Shown piece after piece: positions 19,550 to 29,699 of a DNA stretch of 64,000 bases. Within the stretch, counting starts at the first letter, position 1. Each line of letters begins with the position of its first letter. Source of the stretch: Candidatus Oxydemutator sp. (lineage in GTDB: Bacteria > Pseudomonadota > Gammaproteobacteria > Poriferisulfidales > Oxydemutatoraceae); assembly GCA_965203445.1 (NCBI GenBank), contig OZ241883.1, forward strand, positions 224,001 through 288,000, in the 5' to 3' direction. Below the pieces are notes generated by a model. That model made no database searches, was not told where the DNA came from, and saw nothing but the letters and a program-made list of their open reading frames with translations. The position numbers were made by a program, and so were the translations under genes.

Positions 19550-20506
19550 ATGTCGGTATATACCAATATCTCCGGCGCCGAACTGGAGCGTTTCCTCGAA
19601 CGCTATCGGTGCGGCGCGCTGGTCTCGTTCGAGGGCATAGGCGAAGGCATTGAGAACACGAATTATTTCGTGGAGGCCCGGTGCGGCTCCTACGTGCTGA
19701 CGTTATTCGAGTGGCTCGCGTACGACGAGCTGCCCTACTTTCTCGAACTGATGGCGCACGTCGCCGACGCCGGCCTGCCGTGCCCGCATCCGGTGGCCGA
19801 CGCGCGCGGCGAGTATCTGCAACGGCTGAAGAACAAGCCGGCGGCGCTGATCACGCGCCTGCGCGGGCGCACGGTCGCCGCCGCCGGCACCGCGCACTGC
19901 GAGCAGGTGGGCGGCGCGCTGGCGCGCCTGCACGCGGCGGCGCGCACCTTCCGCCGGCGGCGCCCCGACGGCCGGGACCTGGACTGGTTCCACGAACAGC
20001 AGCGGCGGCTCGCGCCGGTTCTGGACGCCGACGACCGGGCGTTGCTGCACTCGGAGATCGAGCACCAGGCGCGCGCGGCGCGCGCGTGGCCGACGCTGCC
20101 GGGCGGCACGATCCACGCCGATCTGTTCCGCGACAACGTGCTGTTCGACGGCGCCCGCCTGAGCGGGCTGATTGACTTTTATTACGCGTGCGAGGGGCAC
20201 CTGCTGTACGACGTCGCGGTCGCCGTCAACGACTGGTGCCGGCGCGACGACGGCGGTGTTTCGCGCGGACGCTACGCGGCGCTGATCCGGGGCTACCACG
20301 AACGCCGCGCGCTGACGCCGGCCGAGGCGCGCGCGTGGCCCGACGTGCTGCGCCGCGCCGCGCTGCGCTTCTGGCTGTCGCGGCTGCGCGACCGCGCGCA
20401 GCCGCGCGCCGGCGCGATCACCCACGTCAAGAACCCCGACGTGTTCAAGAGCATCCTGCTCGACTGCCGCGCCGGGGCGCCGCCGCTGGCGACGACGCGA
20501 GGATGA
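19550..20506 (+). CDS. thrB: Homoserine kinase, type II (APH-like fold)
   Basis: MSVYT...GIENTNYF...YVLTLFE, IHADLFRDNVLF, LIDFYYAC, AALRFWLSRL. Confidence 0.95.
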   Translation: MSVYTNISGAELERFLERYRCGALVSFEGIGEGIENTNYFVEARCGSYVLTLFEWLAYDELPYFLELMAHVADAGLPCPHPVADARGEYLQRLKNKPAALITRLRGRTVAAAGTAHCEQVGGALARLHAAARTFRRRRPDGRDLDWFHEQQRRLAPVLDADDRALLHSEIEHQARAARAWPTLPGGTIHADLFRDNVLFDGARLSGLIDFYYACEGHLLYDVAVAVNDWCRRDDGGVSRGRYAALIRGYHERRALTPAEARAWPDVLRRAALRFWLSRLRDRAQPRAGAITHVKNPDVFKSILLDCRAGAPPLATTRG

Positions 20507-20967
20507 ACGTGCGCATCGGTCGCGCCGTGGCGTGGCTGGTTCCGGTCATGGCCGCGGTCGCGTTCGCGGTCGTCGTGCTGCGCTACGGTTTTCAATACGG
20601 GCGCGTGGATTTGCAGGAGAGCATCACCTATCTGCACGCCGCCGTGATCGCGCTGTGCATGGGCTACACGCTGGCGCGCGACGCGCACGTGCGCGTCGAC
20701 GTTCTCTACAACCGGATGACGCCGCGCGCGCGCCTTGTAGTCAACGTTGCGGGCGACGCGCTGCTGCTGCTGCCGACCGCGGCCGCGATTCTCTACCATA
20801 GCTGGGACTACGTGATAATCTCGTGGAAGGTGCTCGAGAGATCGCCGGAAATATCCGGGCTGCCGGGCGTGTTTTTGCTGAAGACGCTGATCCCGCTGAT
20901 GGCGGCGGCGTTGGTCGCGCAGGCGCTCGCGCGCATCCGGAGCGGATGGCGCGAGCTGCGTCGGTAG
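20503..20967 (+). CDS. TRAP transporter small permease (DctQ)
   Basis: Four hydrophobic segments; GYTLARDAHVRVDVLY and GLPGVFLLKTLI motifs; ATGA overlap with thrB. Confidence 0.9.
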   Translation: MNVRIGRAVAWLVPVMAAVAFAVVVLRYGFQYGRVDLQESITYLHAAVIALCMGYTLARDAHVRVDVLYNRMTPRARLVVNVAGDALLLLPTAAAILYHSWDYVIISWKVLERSPEISGLPGVFLLKTLIPLMAAALVAQALARIRSGWRELRR

Positions 20968-20971
20968 GGCG

Positions 20972-22354
20972 ATGGCGCTGCTGCTGTTTGCGGCGGTGAT
21001 CATCGCCGTCATGGCCGGCTACCCGGTCGCGTTCACGCTGGCCGGCGTGGCCCTGGCGTTCGCGCTGCTCGGCACGCTGACGGGCGCGTTCGAACCGAGC
21101 CTGCTGCACGCGATCCCGAGCCGCATCTTCGGCATTCTCACCAACGAGACGCTGATCGCGGTGCCGGTGTTCGTGTTCATGGGCACGGTGCTGCAAAAAA
21201 GCCGCCTCGCCGACGATCTGCTGCTGGCCGGCGCCGACCTGATGAAACGCGCCGCCGGCGGACTCGGCGTGTCGGTGGTGCTCATCGGCGCCCTGCTGGC
21301 GGCTAGCACCGGCATCGTCGGCGCGACGGTGACGACGATGGGGCTGCTGTCGCTGCCGGCGATGCTCAAGCGCGGCTACCATCCGGCCGTCGCGTGCGGC
21401 ACCGTCTGCGCGGCCGGCACGTTGGGGCAGATCATCCCGCCTTCGATCGTGCTGGTGCTGTTGGGCGACGTCATCTCCTCGGCCTACCAGCAGGCGCAAC
21501 TGAAACAGGGCGTGTTCGCGCCCGATGCGGTATCGGTCGCCGACCTGTTCGCCGGCGCCGTCGTGCCCGGCGTGCTGTTGGTCGCGTTGTACTCGGCCTA
21601 CCTGCTGATAACCGCGCTGTGCAAACCCGAATGGATGCCGCCGCCGACGCGCGCGCCGCGCACGTCACAATGGGGCAAACGCGCGCGCGCCGAATGGGTG
21701 CGCCTTGCCAAGGCGCTGCTGCCGACGCTGGCGCTGATTTTCGTGGTGCTCGGTTCGATCCTGAGCGGCGCGGCGACGCCGACCGAGGCGGCCTCGGTCG
21801 GCGCCGCCGGCGCGCTGTCGCTGGCCGTCGCCAAGGGCGGCTTTTCGATGGGGCAACTGGCCGAGTCGGCGCGCGCGACCGCGAGGATCACGTGCATGGT
21901 GTTCATGATCCTGATCGGGGCGACGCTGTTCTCGCTGGTGTTTCGCGGCTTCGGCGGCGACGACGCCGTGCACGAGCTGCTGGGCGGCCTCGCCGGCGGC
22001 TTCGTGACGACGATGATCGTCGTCATGCTGCTGATGTTCGTGCTCGGCTTCGTGCTCGACTTCATCGAGATCACGTTCGTCGTCGTGCCGATAATCGGCC
22101 CGGTGCTGCTGGCGATGGGCGCCGACCCGGTGTGGCTGGGCGTCATGATCGCGGTCAACCTGCAAACGTCGTTCTTGACGCCGCCGTTCGGGTTTTCGCT
22201 GTTCTATCTGCGCGGGGTCGCGCCGCGCGCGCTACAGACGCGGCACATCTATAAGGGGGTGGCGCCGTTCATCGGCCTGCAACTGCTGGCGCTGCTGGCG
22301 CTCGCGCTGTGGCCGCAGGCGGCGACGTGGCTACCGTCGGTGCTGCTGCGCTGA
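20972..22354 (+). CDS. TRAP transporter large permease (DctM)
   Basis: GYPVAFTLAG, GTLGQIIPPSIVL, ATPTEAASVGA, NLQTSFLTPPFGFSLFYLRG. Confidence 0.95.
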   Translation: MALLLFAAVIIAVMAGYPVAFTLAGVALAFALLGTLTGAFEPSLLHAIPSRIFGILTNETLIAVPVFVFMGTVLQKSRLADDLLLAGADLMKRAAGGLGVSVVLIGALLAASTGIVGATVTTMGLLSLPAMLKRGYHPAVACGTVCAAGTLGQIIPPSIVLVLLGDVISSAYQQAQLKQGVFAPDAVSVADLFAGAVVPGVLLVALYSAYLLITALCKPEWMPPPTRAPRTSQWGKRARAEWVRLAKALLPTLALIFVVLGSILSGAATPTEAASVGAAGALSLAVAKGGFSMGQLAESARATARITCMVFMILIGATLFSLVFRGFGGDDAVHELLGGLAGGFVTTMIVVMLLMFVLGFVLDFIEITFVVVPIIGPVLLAMGADPVWLGVMIAVNLQTSFLTPPFGFSLFYLRGVAPRALQTRHIYKGVAPFIGLQLLALLALALWPQAATWLPSVLLR

Positions 22355-22452
22355 CGCGGCGACGCGCTTCCCGCGCGCGCACCGACCGAGAGCAGAGACC
22401 GGCACGGCGAGGACGTGGGCCAGCGCGCTTCCCGCGCGCGGACTGGCCCCGC

Positions 22453-23562
22453 TCATTGACGCCGGACGTCGAAATACGCCTCCTCCGAGATCCGGTTCCA
22501 GCCGCCGACGCCCGCCAGAAACTCGCGGTAGGAAGCATAGGTGCGCCGCGCCAGATCGTTGGCGCCCGCGACCTCCTCGACCACCTCGGCGGACAACTCG
22601 CGGAAACGCGCGAGCACGTCGGCGGGAAACGCGCGCAGGTGCACGCCGTGCTCGTCGCGCAGCACCCGCAACGCGCCGAAATTGCGCGCCGTGTAATCTG
22701 CCAGCATGTCCTGGTTGGCGGCCTCGCAGGCGCGGCGCACGACCGCGCGCAAGTCCGGCGGCAACTGGTCGAACGCGGCGCGGTTGACGAAGCACTCTAT
22801 CGTCGTGCCCGGCTCGTGCCATCCGGGGTAGTAGTAGTACCTGGCGACCTTGTGCAAGCCGAACGCCAGGTCGTTGTACGGGTTGGTCCATTCGGTCGCG
22901 TCTATGGCCCCGGTCTGCATGGCCGTGAACAACTCGCCGCCCGGCAGCGCCACGGCGACGCCGCCGGCGCGCTCCAACACTTTGCCGCCGAGACCCGGGA
23001 TGCGCATCTTGAGCCCCCTGAGGTCGGCGACGCCGTTGATCTCGCGGTTGAACCACCCGCCCATCTGCATGCCCGAATTGCCGGCCGGCAACGGCATCAG
23101 ACCGAACGGCGCGTACGCCTCCCGCCACAGTTCGAGGCCGCCGCCCTTGTAGAGCCACGCGTTCATCTCCAGCGCGTTCATGCCGAAAGGCACGGTCGAG
23201 AAGAAATTGAACGCCGGGTCTTTCCCCTGCCAGTAATAGGCGCTGGCGTGCCCCATCTGCGCGACGCCGCCACGCACCGCGTCGAACGCCTCGAACGCCG
23301 GCACCAGTTCGCCGGCGCCATAGACCTTGACTTCCATCCTGCCGCCCGAGGTGCGCGAGATCAGCCGCGCCAGGTGCTCGGCGCCGGTGCCGAGACCGGG
23401 AAAATTCTTCGGCCACGCCGTGACCATCTTCCAACGGACGGTCTCGGGCGCGGGCGCGACCACGGCCGTGTCTGGTTGCCGCTGCTCGCGCTCGCAGCCG
23501 GCAAGCGGCGCGCCGAGCAACGCGCCGGCGGCGGCGCGGTGAAGGAATTGTCGTCGTTTCAC
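22453..23562 (-). CDS. TRAP substrate-binding protein (DctP, TakP-like), Tat-exported
   Basis: MKRRQFL Tat signal; WKMVTAWPKNFPGLG, DLRGLKMRIPGLGG, YYYYPGWHEPG. Confidence 0.93.
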   Translation of the reverse strand: MKRRQFLHRAAAGALLGAPLAGCEREQRQPDTAVVAPAPETVRWKMVTAWPKNFPGLGTGAEHLARLISRTSGGRMEVKVYGAGELVPAFEAFDAVRGGVAQMGHASAYYWQGKDPAFNFFSTVPFGMNALEMNAWLYKGGGLELWREAYAPFGLMPLPAGNSGMQMGGWFNREINGVADLRGLKMRIPGLGGKVLERAGGVAVALPGGELFTAMQTGAIDATEWTNPYNDLAFGLHKVARYYYYPGWHEPGTTIECFVNRAAFDQLPPDLRAVVRRACEAANQDMLADYTARNFGALRVLRDEHGVHLRAFPADVLARFRELSAEVVEEVAGANDLARRTYASYREFLAGVGGWNRISEEAYFDVRRQ

Positions 23563-23597
23563 GGGGTGCTCCTATGGGGAGAAACTACCGGTGATTA

Positions 23598-24391
23598 TAT
23601 AGGGAATTATGTATCAAAATCTACAGAATGATTGTGAAGTAATTGAATTCGCATAGGAATATGACATGATGTCTGGTGATGAAAGTTCATAGGACAATTC
23701 GATAATGTATCGTATGCCGAATACGGCAAGGCATGAGCGGCGCGTCAAGCATTATCAGAGGATGATGGCGAGGCGTCAGGGGCCGAACCGCAAGAAGGGG
23801 ATCAAGGCGTCGAACCGATGGCTACGCGCACGGTTGCTTCACCAAAGAGCGCAGGCCACGTTGCGCCATGCCAGACGGAATTGGTGTCATGGCGTATCGA
23901 GGGAAGTGGCCGACGGGTATTCTCTGGTTCATTTGGAGAAGTGGAACAATCGGGGCATGACAAGAAGCGCCCAGGGCACGAAGGAAAATCCTGGAACGAA
24001 AGTCCGTGCGAAGGCCGGACTGAACCGAGCGATCCTGGCGTCATGCTGGGGCAAGTTTCACCAGTGTCTGGATTATAAGACGAATACGAACTACGTAGAT
24101 CCTGCATATACGAGTCAGACGTGCAACAAGTGCAGGCACGTGGACAAAAAGAATCGGAAGACGCAGTCGGTATTTATTTGTACCGATTGCGGTTATCGGG
24201 ATAATGCGGATGCGAATGCCGCATTGAACATATTGGCCTCCGGGAATGGGGCTGCTGGGCGTGATAAAACCAGAGGGGAGACTCATCCGGTGGAACGTCA
24301 AACGGGTATCAACAACCTACAGAATCTGGAGCACGACCGGCACAACGGTTCCCGCGCCAAGTCTGTAGATTTTGATACATAATTCCCTATA
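23598..24391. mobile_element. Non-autonomous element bounded by perfect 30-bp inverted repeats, carrying a deleted tnpB
   Basis: TATAGGGAATTATGTATCAAAATCTACAGA (23598-23627) is the exact reverse complement of 24362-24391. The interior is AT-richer and has no transposase. GGNNATTAT ends resemble the IS1595-family ISNwi1 group. Confidence 0.85.
23679..24382 (+). pseudogene. tnpB: Internally deleted TnpB (IS200/IS605 RNA-guided nuclease), C-terminal half
   Basis: ORF 23705..24382 has LVHLEKWN (RuvC-II E), AKAGLNRAILASCWG, a TSQTCNKC...CTDCG Zn ribbon and NADANAALNI (RuvC-III). The N-terminal domains and RuvC-I are missing. A short MKVHRTIR* stub lies just upstream. Confidence 0.85.
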
Positions 24392-24464
24392 ATAAGCTCC
24401 ATGCGTCCCGTCGGACACACGACCTGAGAAAGAGTCAATGACCATCGAGCCACCGTCGCTTTCG

Positions 24465-24512
24465 TCATTCGTCGGCCAAATGCTACCTTTGGTCGGCGCG
24501 CGGGCCATGCCT
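24465..24512 (+). promoter_or_regulatory. Conserved upstream motif, copy B
   Basis: TCATTCGTCGGCCAAATGCTACCTTTGGTC; the motif starts 98 nt before the ATG at 24566. Confidence 0.65.
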
Positions 24513-24565
24513 GATCGAAGCGCACGTATAACCCGGTTTTCTGCAACGATTAACCGGAGAATACA

Positions 24566-25270
24566 ATGACGGAAAAACACAACGAAGCAGTGCGGGAAGC
24601 CTTGCCGCAAGAGATCGAATGGGGGGCACCCATTACGCGAGGCGAGCACAAACGGAGCTCGGACGAACTTGAAAAGAAGTTCGTCGGGCTGCATGGCGAG
24701 CTCAGGGGAGACATAAAGGACCTGCGCGTCGAACTCATCGCGAGCATCGCCAGACTCGACAAAGACATCGTCAACTTGCGCGCCGAACTCAAACAGGACA
24801 GCGCCAACTTGCGCGCCAAACTCAAAGAGGAATTCGGCGAGCAACACGCCAAACTCAAAGAGGATTCCGATAAGCGATACGCCGAACTCATGGCGCACAT
24901 CGCCAGACTCGACAAGGACATAGTCCGCTTGCGCGCCGAACTCATAGAGGAAATCGGCAAGCAACTCGCCAAACTCAAAGAGGATTCCGATAAGCGATAC
25001 GCCGAACTCAAAGAGGATTCCGATAAGCGATACGCCGAACTCAAAGAGGATTCCGATAAGCGATACGCCGAACTCATGGCGCACATCGCCAGACTCGACA
25101 AGGACATCGTCCACTTGCGCGCCGAACTCATGGAGGAAATCGGCAAGCGCCACGACGAACTCAAAGACTATATCGCCAAATCCCAAATCAGGATGCTTCT
25201 GGCCACCACCGCTATCTTTGCCGGCGTAGCCGGCAGCATGTTGGCCAGTATATTGGCCATAGTTCGCTGA
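24566..25270 (+). CDS. Repeat-expanded coiled-coil protein with C-terminal membrane anchor, copy B
   Basis: GGAG SD; N-terminal WGAPITRG; 11-aa repeats (ELKEDSDKRYA) and IARLDKDIVxLRAEL three times; hydrophobic C-terminus. Confidence 0.8.
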   Translation: MTEKHNEAVREALPQEIEWGAPITRGEHKRSSDELEKKFVGLHGELRGDIKDLRVELIASIARLDKDIVNLRAELKQDSANLRAKLKEEFGEQHAKLKEDSDKRYAELMAHIARLDKDIVRLRAELIEEIGKQLAKLKEDSDKRYAELKEDSDKRYAELKEDSDKRYAELMAHIARLDKDIVHLRAELMEEIGKRHDELKDYIAKSQIRMLLATTAIFAGVAGSMLASILAIVR

Positions 25271-25285
25271 CGGATAGGCGTCCGC

Positions 25286-27487
25286 TCAGACGACTTTCAG
25301 GTCGGCGAGCATCAGTATCAGCCACTTGGTGCCGGCGCGCTCGAACTTGACCTGGGCGCGGGCGTGGTCGCCGGCGCCTTCGCAGGCGATGACGACGCCC
25401 GTGCCGAAAGTCTTGTGCTCGACCGACTGGCCGGGGCGGATACCCGACGCGCGCGCCGGCGCGGCGCCACGGGTGCGCGGCGGGCGCGTGACGTGCAGGC
25501 GCGGGCGCACTTCCTCGATCAGTTCCCTCGGGATTTCGCCGAGAAAGCGCGAGGGTTCGTTGATCGTGGTCGCGCCGTAGCCGCGGTTGCGGGTCTCGGC
25601 GAAGGACATCGCCAACTCCTCCCTGGCGCGCGTGATGCCGACGTAGCACAGGCGGCGCTCCTCCTCGAGGTCGGTCTCGTTTGCCGATGCGCGCTCGTGT
25701 GGAAACAGGCCCTCCTCAAGCCCGACGATGACGACCGACGGAAACTCCAGGCCCTTGGCCGAATGCAGCGTCATCAGCTGCACGCAGTCCTGATCGGCGC
25801 GGCCCTGTCCCTCGCCCGCCTCGAGCGCGGCGTGCGCGAGGAACGCATCCACGACGGCCAGCTCCTCGTCACCTTCGTCGCGCCACGCGCGCTCGTAGTC
25901 GCGCGCAGCAGCCGTGAACTCCTCGAGGTTCTCGACGCTGGACAACGCCGCCTCGCTCTTGTCCTTGCGGTAATGCGCGGTCAGCAGCTCGGCGACGCGC
26001 GCGGCCATCTCCGGCAGCGACGGGGGCGCGCCATCGCCAGCCAGGTTTTCCAGCAAATCGTAAAAACCGCGCAGTGCGTTGGCGGCGCGCGCCGCGAGTT
26101 CCTTGCCCTTGAGCAGTTCGATCCCGGCGTCCCACAGGCTGCATTTGCGCGCACCCGCACACGCGCGGATTTCGCCGAGCGTGCGCTCACCGATGCCGCG
26201 CGGCGGGAAGTTGACGACGCGCTCGAACGACGGATCGTCGCGCCGGTTCATCATCAGGCGCAGGTAGGCGAGCGCGTTCTTGACCACGGCGCGCTCGAAG
26301 AAACGCAGACCGCCGTAGATGCGGTACGGAAGGTCCTCGGCGATCAGCGCGCTTTCGATGACGCGCGACTGCGCGTTGGAACGGTAGAGCACCGCGATCT
26401 CATCGTAGCGCCGCTCGCGCCCGGCCCAGGCGCGGACGCGGTCGACGACGAAGGCCGCCTCCTCGCGCTCGTTGAACGCGGCGAACACGACAATCGAGGC
26501 GCCGGCGTCGCCGTCGGTCCACAGCGACTTGCCCAGGCGCCCGCGGTTGTGATCAATCAGCGCGTTGGCGGCGTCGAGTATGGTCGCGGTCGAGCGGTAA
26601 TTGCGCTCCAGGCGAAAGGTGGCGGCGCGCGGAAAATCCTTGACGAAGTTGCGGACGTTTTCGACGCGCGCGCCGCGCCAGCCGTAGATGGACTGGTCGT
26701 CGTCGCCGACCGCGAACACCGGAATCTCGTCGCCGGCGAGCACCCGGATCAGCGCGTACTGGAGCTTGTTGGTGTCCTGGAATTCATCCACCAGGAGGTG
26801 GCGAAAGCGCGCGCGGTAGTGGCGCAGCAGGTCGGCGTTGTCGCGCAGCAGTTCGAGCGCGCACAGCAGCAGTTCGGCGAAGTCCACCAGGCCCAGGCGC
26901 CGGCAGTCCCGCTCGTAGGCGGTGTAGACGCGCAGCAGTTGCACGAGGTTCGCGTCGTCACCGGGTTCCTGCACCGACGACGCGCGCATGCCCCTCTCCT
27001 TGCAGTCGTTGATGAACCACTGCGTCCGGCGCGCCGGCCAATGCGCCTCGTCCAGACCGAGCGCCTGCGTCACGCGCTTGATCAGGCGGCGCTGATCCTG
27101 CGCGTCGAGCACCTGGAAAGTGCGCGGCAGCCCGGCGTCGCCGTGGTGCAGGCGCAAAAAGCGGTGGCACAATCCGTGAAAGGTGCCGAGCCACATGCCC
27201 GAGACCGGATAATCGAGCAGGCTTTCGACGCGCGCGCGCATTTCCTGCGCCGCCTTGTTGGTGAAGGTCACCGCGACGATGCTGTACGGCGACAGGTTCT
27301 CGCTACGGCACAGCCACGCGATGCGGTGCGTCAGCACGCGCGTCTTGCCGCTGCCGGCACCGGCCAGCACCAGCACCGGCAGCGGGGCACTGGTGACCGC
27401 GACGCGCTGCTCGTCGTTCAGCCGCCGCAACAAGTCTTGCGCGTCGGACGCCCGCGCGTCGCCGAACCGCTCTTCGCCGATCAGCAT
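25286..27487 (-). CDS. uvrD: DNA helicase II
   Basis: LAGAGSGKTRVLTHRIAWL, VDEFQDTN, VGDDDQSIYGWRGA, MTLHSAKGLEF, EEERRLCYVGITRA. Confidence 0.96.
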   Translation of the reverse strand: MLIGEERFGDARASDAQDLLRRLNDEQRVAVTSAPLPVLVLAGAGSGKTRVLTHRIAWLCRSENLSPYSIVAVTFTNKAAQEMRARVESLLDYPVSGMWLGTFHGLCHRFLRLHHGDAGLPRTFQVLDAQDQRRLIKRVTQALGLDEAHWPARRTQWFINDCKERGMRASSVQEPGDDANLVQLLRVYTAYERDCRRLGLVDFAELLLCALELLRDNADLLRHYRARFRHLLVDEFQDTNKLQYALIRVLAGDEIPVFAVGDDDQSIYGWRGARVENVRNFVKDFPRAATFRLERNYRSTATILDAANALIDHNRGRLGKSLWTDGDAGASIVVFAAFNEREEAAFVVDRVRAWAGRERRYDEIAVLYRSNAQSRVIESALIAEDLPYRIYGGLRFFERAVVKNALAYLRLMMNRRDDPSFERVVNFPPRGIGERTLGEIRACAGARKCSLWDAGIELLKGKELAARAANALRGFYDLLENLAGDGAPPSLPEMAARVAELLTAHYRKDKSEAALSSVENLEEFTAAARDYERAWRDEGDEELAVVDAFLAHAALEAGEGQGRADQDCVQLMTLHSAKGLEFPSVVIVGLEEGLFPHERASANETDLEEERRLCYVGITRAREELAMSFAETRNRGYGATTINEPSRFLGEIPRELIEEVRPRLHVTRPPRTRGAAPARASGIRPGQSVEHKTFGTGVVIACEGAGDHARAQVKFERAGTKWLILMLADLKVV

Positions 27488-27513
27488 TCGCCGGCCCGCG
27501 CCTCGCGCGCCTC

Positions 27514-29070
27514 TCAGAAAAGCACCACGGCGACGACGATCAGCACGATGCCGACGGCGAGCACCGTCGTCAGACCGCGGCGCAACGCGCGCAGCTCGCG
27601 CTGGACGGTCTCGATTTGCGCGTCGCGGCGACGGGCGTCGAACGACGCCCGCCCGCGCCCCAGCGCCTCGAGCATCTCGGGCGCGCGCTCGGCCAAGACG
27701 GGCAGTTCGCGACGCAGTTTTTTGAGCAGCGCGCGCGGACTCCGGCGCTGCGCCATCCAGCGCTCCAGAAAAGGCTTGGCGGTGTCCCACAGGTTGAGGT
27801 CGGGATACAGCTGGCGTCCCAGCCCCTCGACGTTGAGCAGCGTCTTTTGCAGCAGCACCAGCTGCGGCTGCACCTCCATGTGAAACTGACGCGCCGTTTG
27901 AAACAGCCGCAGCAACAACGCGCCGAACGAAATGCGGCTGAGCGGTTGTTGAAAGATCGGTTCGCACACGGTGCGTATCGCCGACTCCAGCTCGTCTATG
28001 CGGGTGTCGGGCGGCACCCAGCCCGAGTCGACGTGCAGCTCGGCGACGCGGCGGTAGTCGTGGTTGAAGAAGGCCAGGAAATTCTCGGCCAGATAGCGCT
28101 GGTCCTCGACCGCGAGCGCGCCGACGATGCCGAAGTCGACGCCCAGATAGCGCGGCGCCTCGGGGTTCTCGACCGACACGAAGATGTTGCCGGGGTGCAT
28201 GTCGGCGTGGAAGAAGTTGTCGCGAAACACCTGGGTGAAAAAAATCTCGACGCCGATCGCGGCGAGCTGCCTCAGGTCAACGCCGGCGTCCTTCAGGCTT
28301 GCGACGTCGTTGACCGCAACGCCGTAAATCCGCTCCATGACCATGACGTCGCGGCGGCAGTATTCCCAGTGCACGCGCGGCACGTACATCAACGGCGAGT
28401 CCTCGAAGTTGCGGCGCAGCTGGCCGGCGTTGGCGGCCTCGCGCAACAGGTCGAGTTCGGCGAGTATCGTCTTCTCGTATTCCCCGACGACCTCGACGAC
28501 GCGCAGGCGCCGCCCCTCCGACCAGTAGCGCCGCGCCAACGCCGCCATCATCTTCAGTACGGCGACGTCGCGGCGGATCAGTTTTTCGACGTCGGGGCGC
28601 AACACCTTGACGACGACGTCCTCGCCGTCCGCAAGCGTCGCCGCGTGCACCTGCGCCACCGAAGCCGACGCCATCGGCGTCTCGTCGAAGGACGCGAACA
28701 AGTCGCCTATGCCCCTGCCGAGCGAGCGCTCGACGATGGCCGATGCCTGACGGCCCGGAAACGGCGGCACTTCGTCCTGGAGTTTCGCAAGTTCGGCGAT
28801 GACGTCGGCCGGCAGCAGATCGGGGCGCGTCGACAGCGTCTGCCCGAACTTGACGAAGATCGGCCCCAGATCCTCGAGCGCCAGGCGCAGGCGCACCGCC
28901 AGCGGGCGGCGCGCGGCGCGTCTTTTCCGGGACCAGTTCCACGGCAGCAGATAGAAGACGAAATGCACCGGGCGCAAAAAGTGAACCGCAAGGACGATCT
29001 CGTCCAAGCCGTGCCTGATCAACGTCCACTGGATGACGAACAGGCGGCCGATTATGGACAACGACCTCAC
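27514..29070 (-). CDS. ubiB: Ubiquinone biosynthesis kinase UbiB
   Basis: [41 protein letters not shown]. Confidence 0.96.
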   Translation of the reverse strand: MRSLSIIGRLFVIQWTLIRHGLDEIVLAVHFLRPVHFVFYLLPWNWSRKRRAARRPLAVRLRLALEDLGPIFVKFGQTLSTRPDLLPADVIAELAKLQDEVPPFPGRQASAIVERSLGRGIGDLFASFDETPMASASVAQVHAATLADGEDVVVKVLRPDVEKLIRRDVAVLKMMAALARRYWSEGRRLRVVEVVGEYEKTILAELDLLREAANAGQLRRNFEDSPLMYVPRVHWEYCRRDVMVMERIYGVAVNDVASLKDAGVDLRQLAAIGVEIFFTQVFRDNFFHADMHPGNIFVSVENPEAPRYLGVDFGIVGALAVEDQRYLAENFLAFFNHDYRRVAELHVDSGWVPPDTRIDELESAIRTVCEPIFQQPLSRISFGALLLRLFQTARQFHMEVQPQLVLLQKTLLNVEGLGRQLYPDLNLWDTAKPFLERWMAQRRSPRALLKKLRRELPVLAERAPEMLEALGRGRASFDARRRDAQIETVQRELRALRRGLTTVLAVGIVLIVVAVVLF

Positions 29071-29085
29071 GTCCCCACCGGTGCC

Positions 29086-29691
29086 TCAATCGGCGCGCAA
29101 TCGGAGCGCGCGCACCCGCGCCTCCAGCCGCTCGAGCGCGTCGCGCAACTCGTCCACGCCCTCGATGAACTCGCGCAACTCGCGCGCGTCGGGCGTCGCG
29201 CGCAGCTCCTCGCGCAGGTACTCGCCGCCGCTGTCGGCGAGCGAATCGAGCGAGCGCTCCAGCCAGGCGGCGGCGGCGCGCGCACCGCGCCCCAGCCCGT
29301 GCGCGCAGGCGTCGCCGAACCACGCCGCCGGCAGCTCCTCCCAGTCGAACTCGAGATCCCGGAATACTTTCTGAAACTCCTGGCCGAGCGCGACGTCGCC
29401 GCGGATCTCGGCGCGCGCCGCGGCACGCCGCGGCGCGCGCCCGGCGAAGGACAGCTTGAACAAATCCACGACGCCGCCACGCACCCAGGTATCCGGTTCG
29501 CGCTCGCATTCGGCGGCGACCGTCACCGAGTCCTCCCCGGGCAGAAAATAGAGCGTCCGTCCGAACGTGGTCACGCACACCGCGATGACCTTGCCGCGCA
29601 TCGCGCCGAGGCGGGCGGCGACCTCGGGGTCGGCTCGCAGCATGCGGTTGACGGCTTTGCCGACCAGCGCGGCGAGCGGTGAATCCTGCAT
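29086..29691 (-). CDS. ubiJ: Ubiquinone biosynthesis accessory factor UbiJ (SCP2 domain)
   Basis: Lies between ubiE and ubiB; FDWEE...GD and VDELRDALERLEARV motifs. Confidence 0.88.
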   Translation of the reverse strand: MQDSPLAALVGKAVNRMLRADPEVAARLGAMRGKVIAVCVTTFGRTLYFLPGEDSVTVAAECEREPDTWVRGGVVDLFKLSFAGRAPRRAAARAEIRGDVALGQEFQKVFRDLEFDWEELPAAWFGDACAHGLGRGARAAAAWLERSLDSLADSGGEYLREELRATPDARELREFIEGVDELRDALERLEARVRALRLRAD

Positions 29692-29699
29692 CGCGACCT

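Noticed and set aside
23705-24382. Active TnpB/Cas12-like nuclease
   Set aside because: Only 225 aa; lacks the N-terminal recognition domains and the RuvC-I aspartate.
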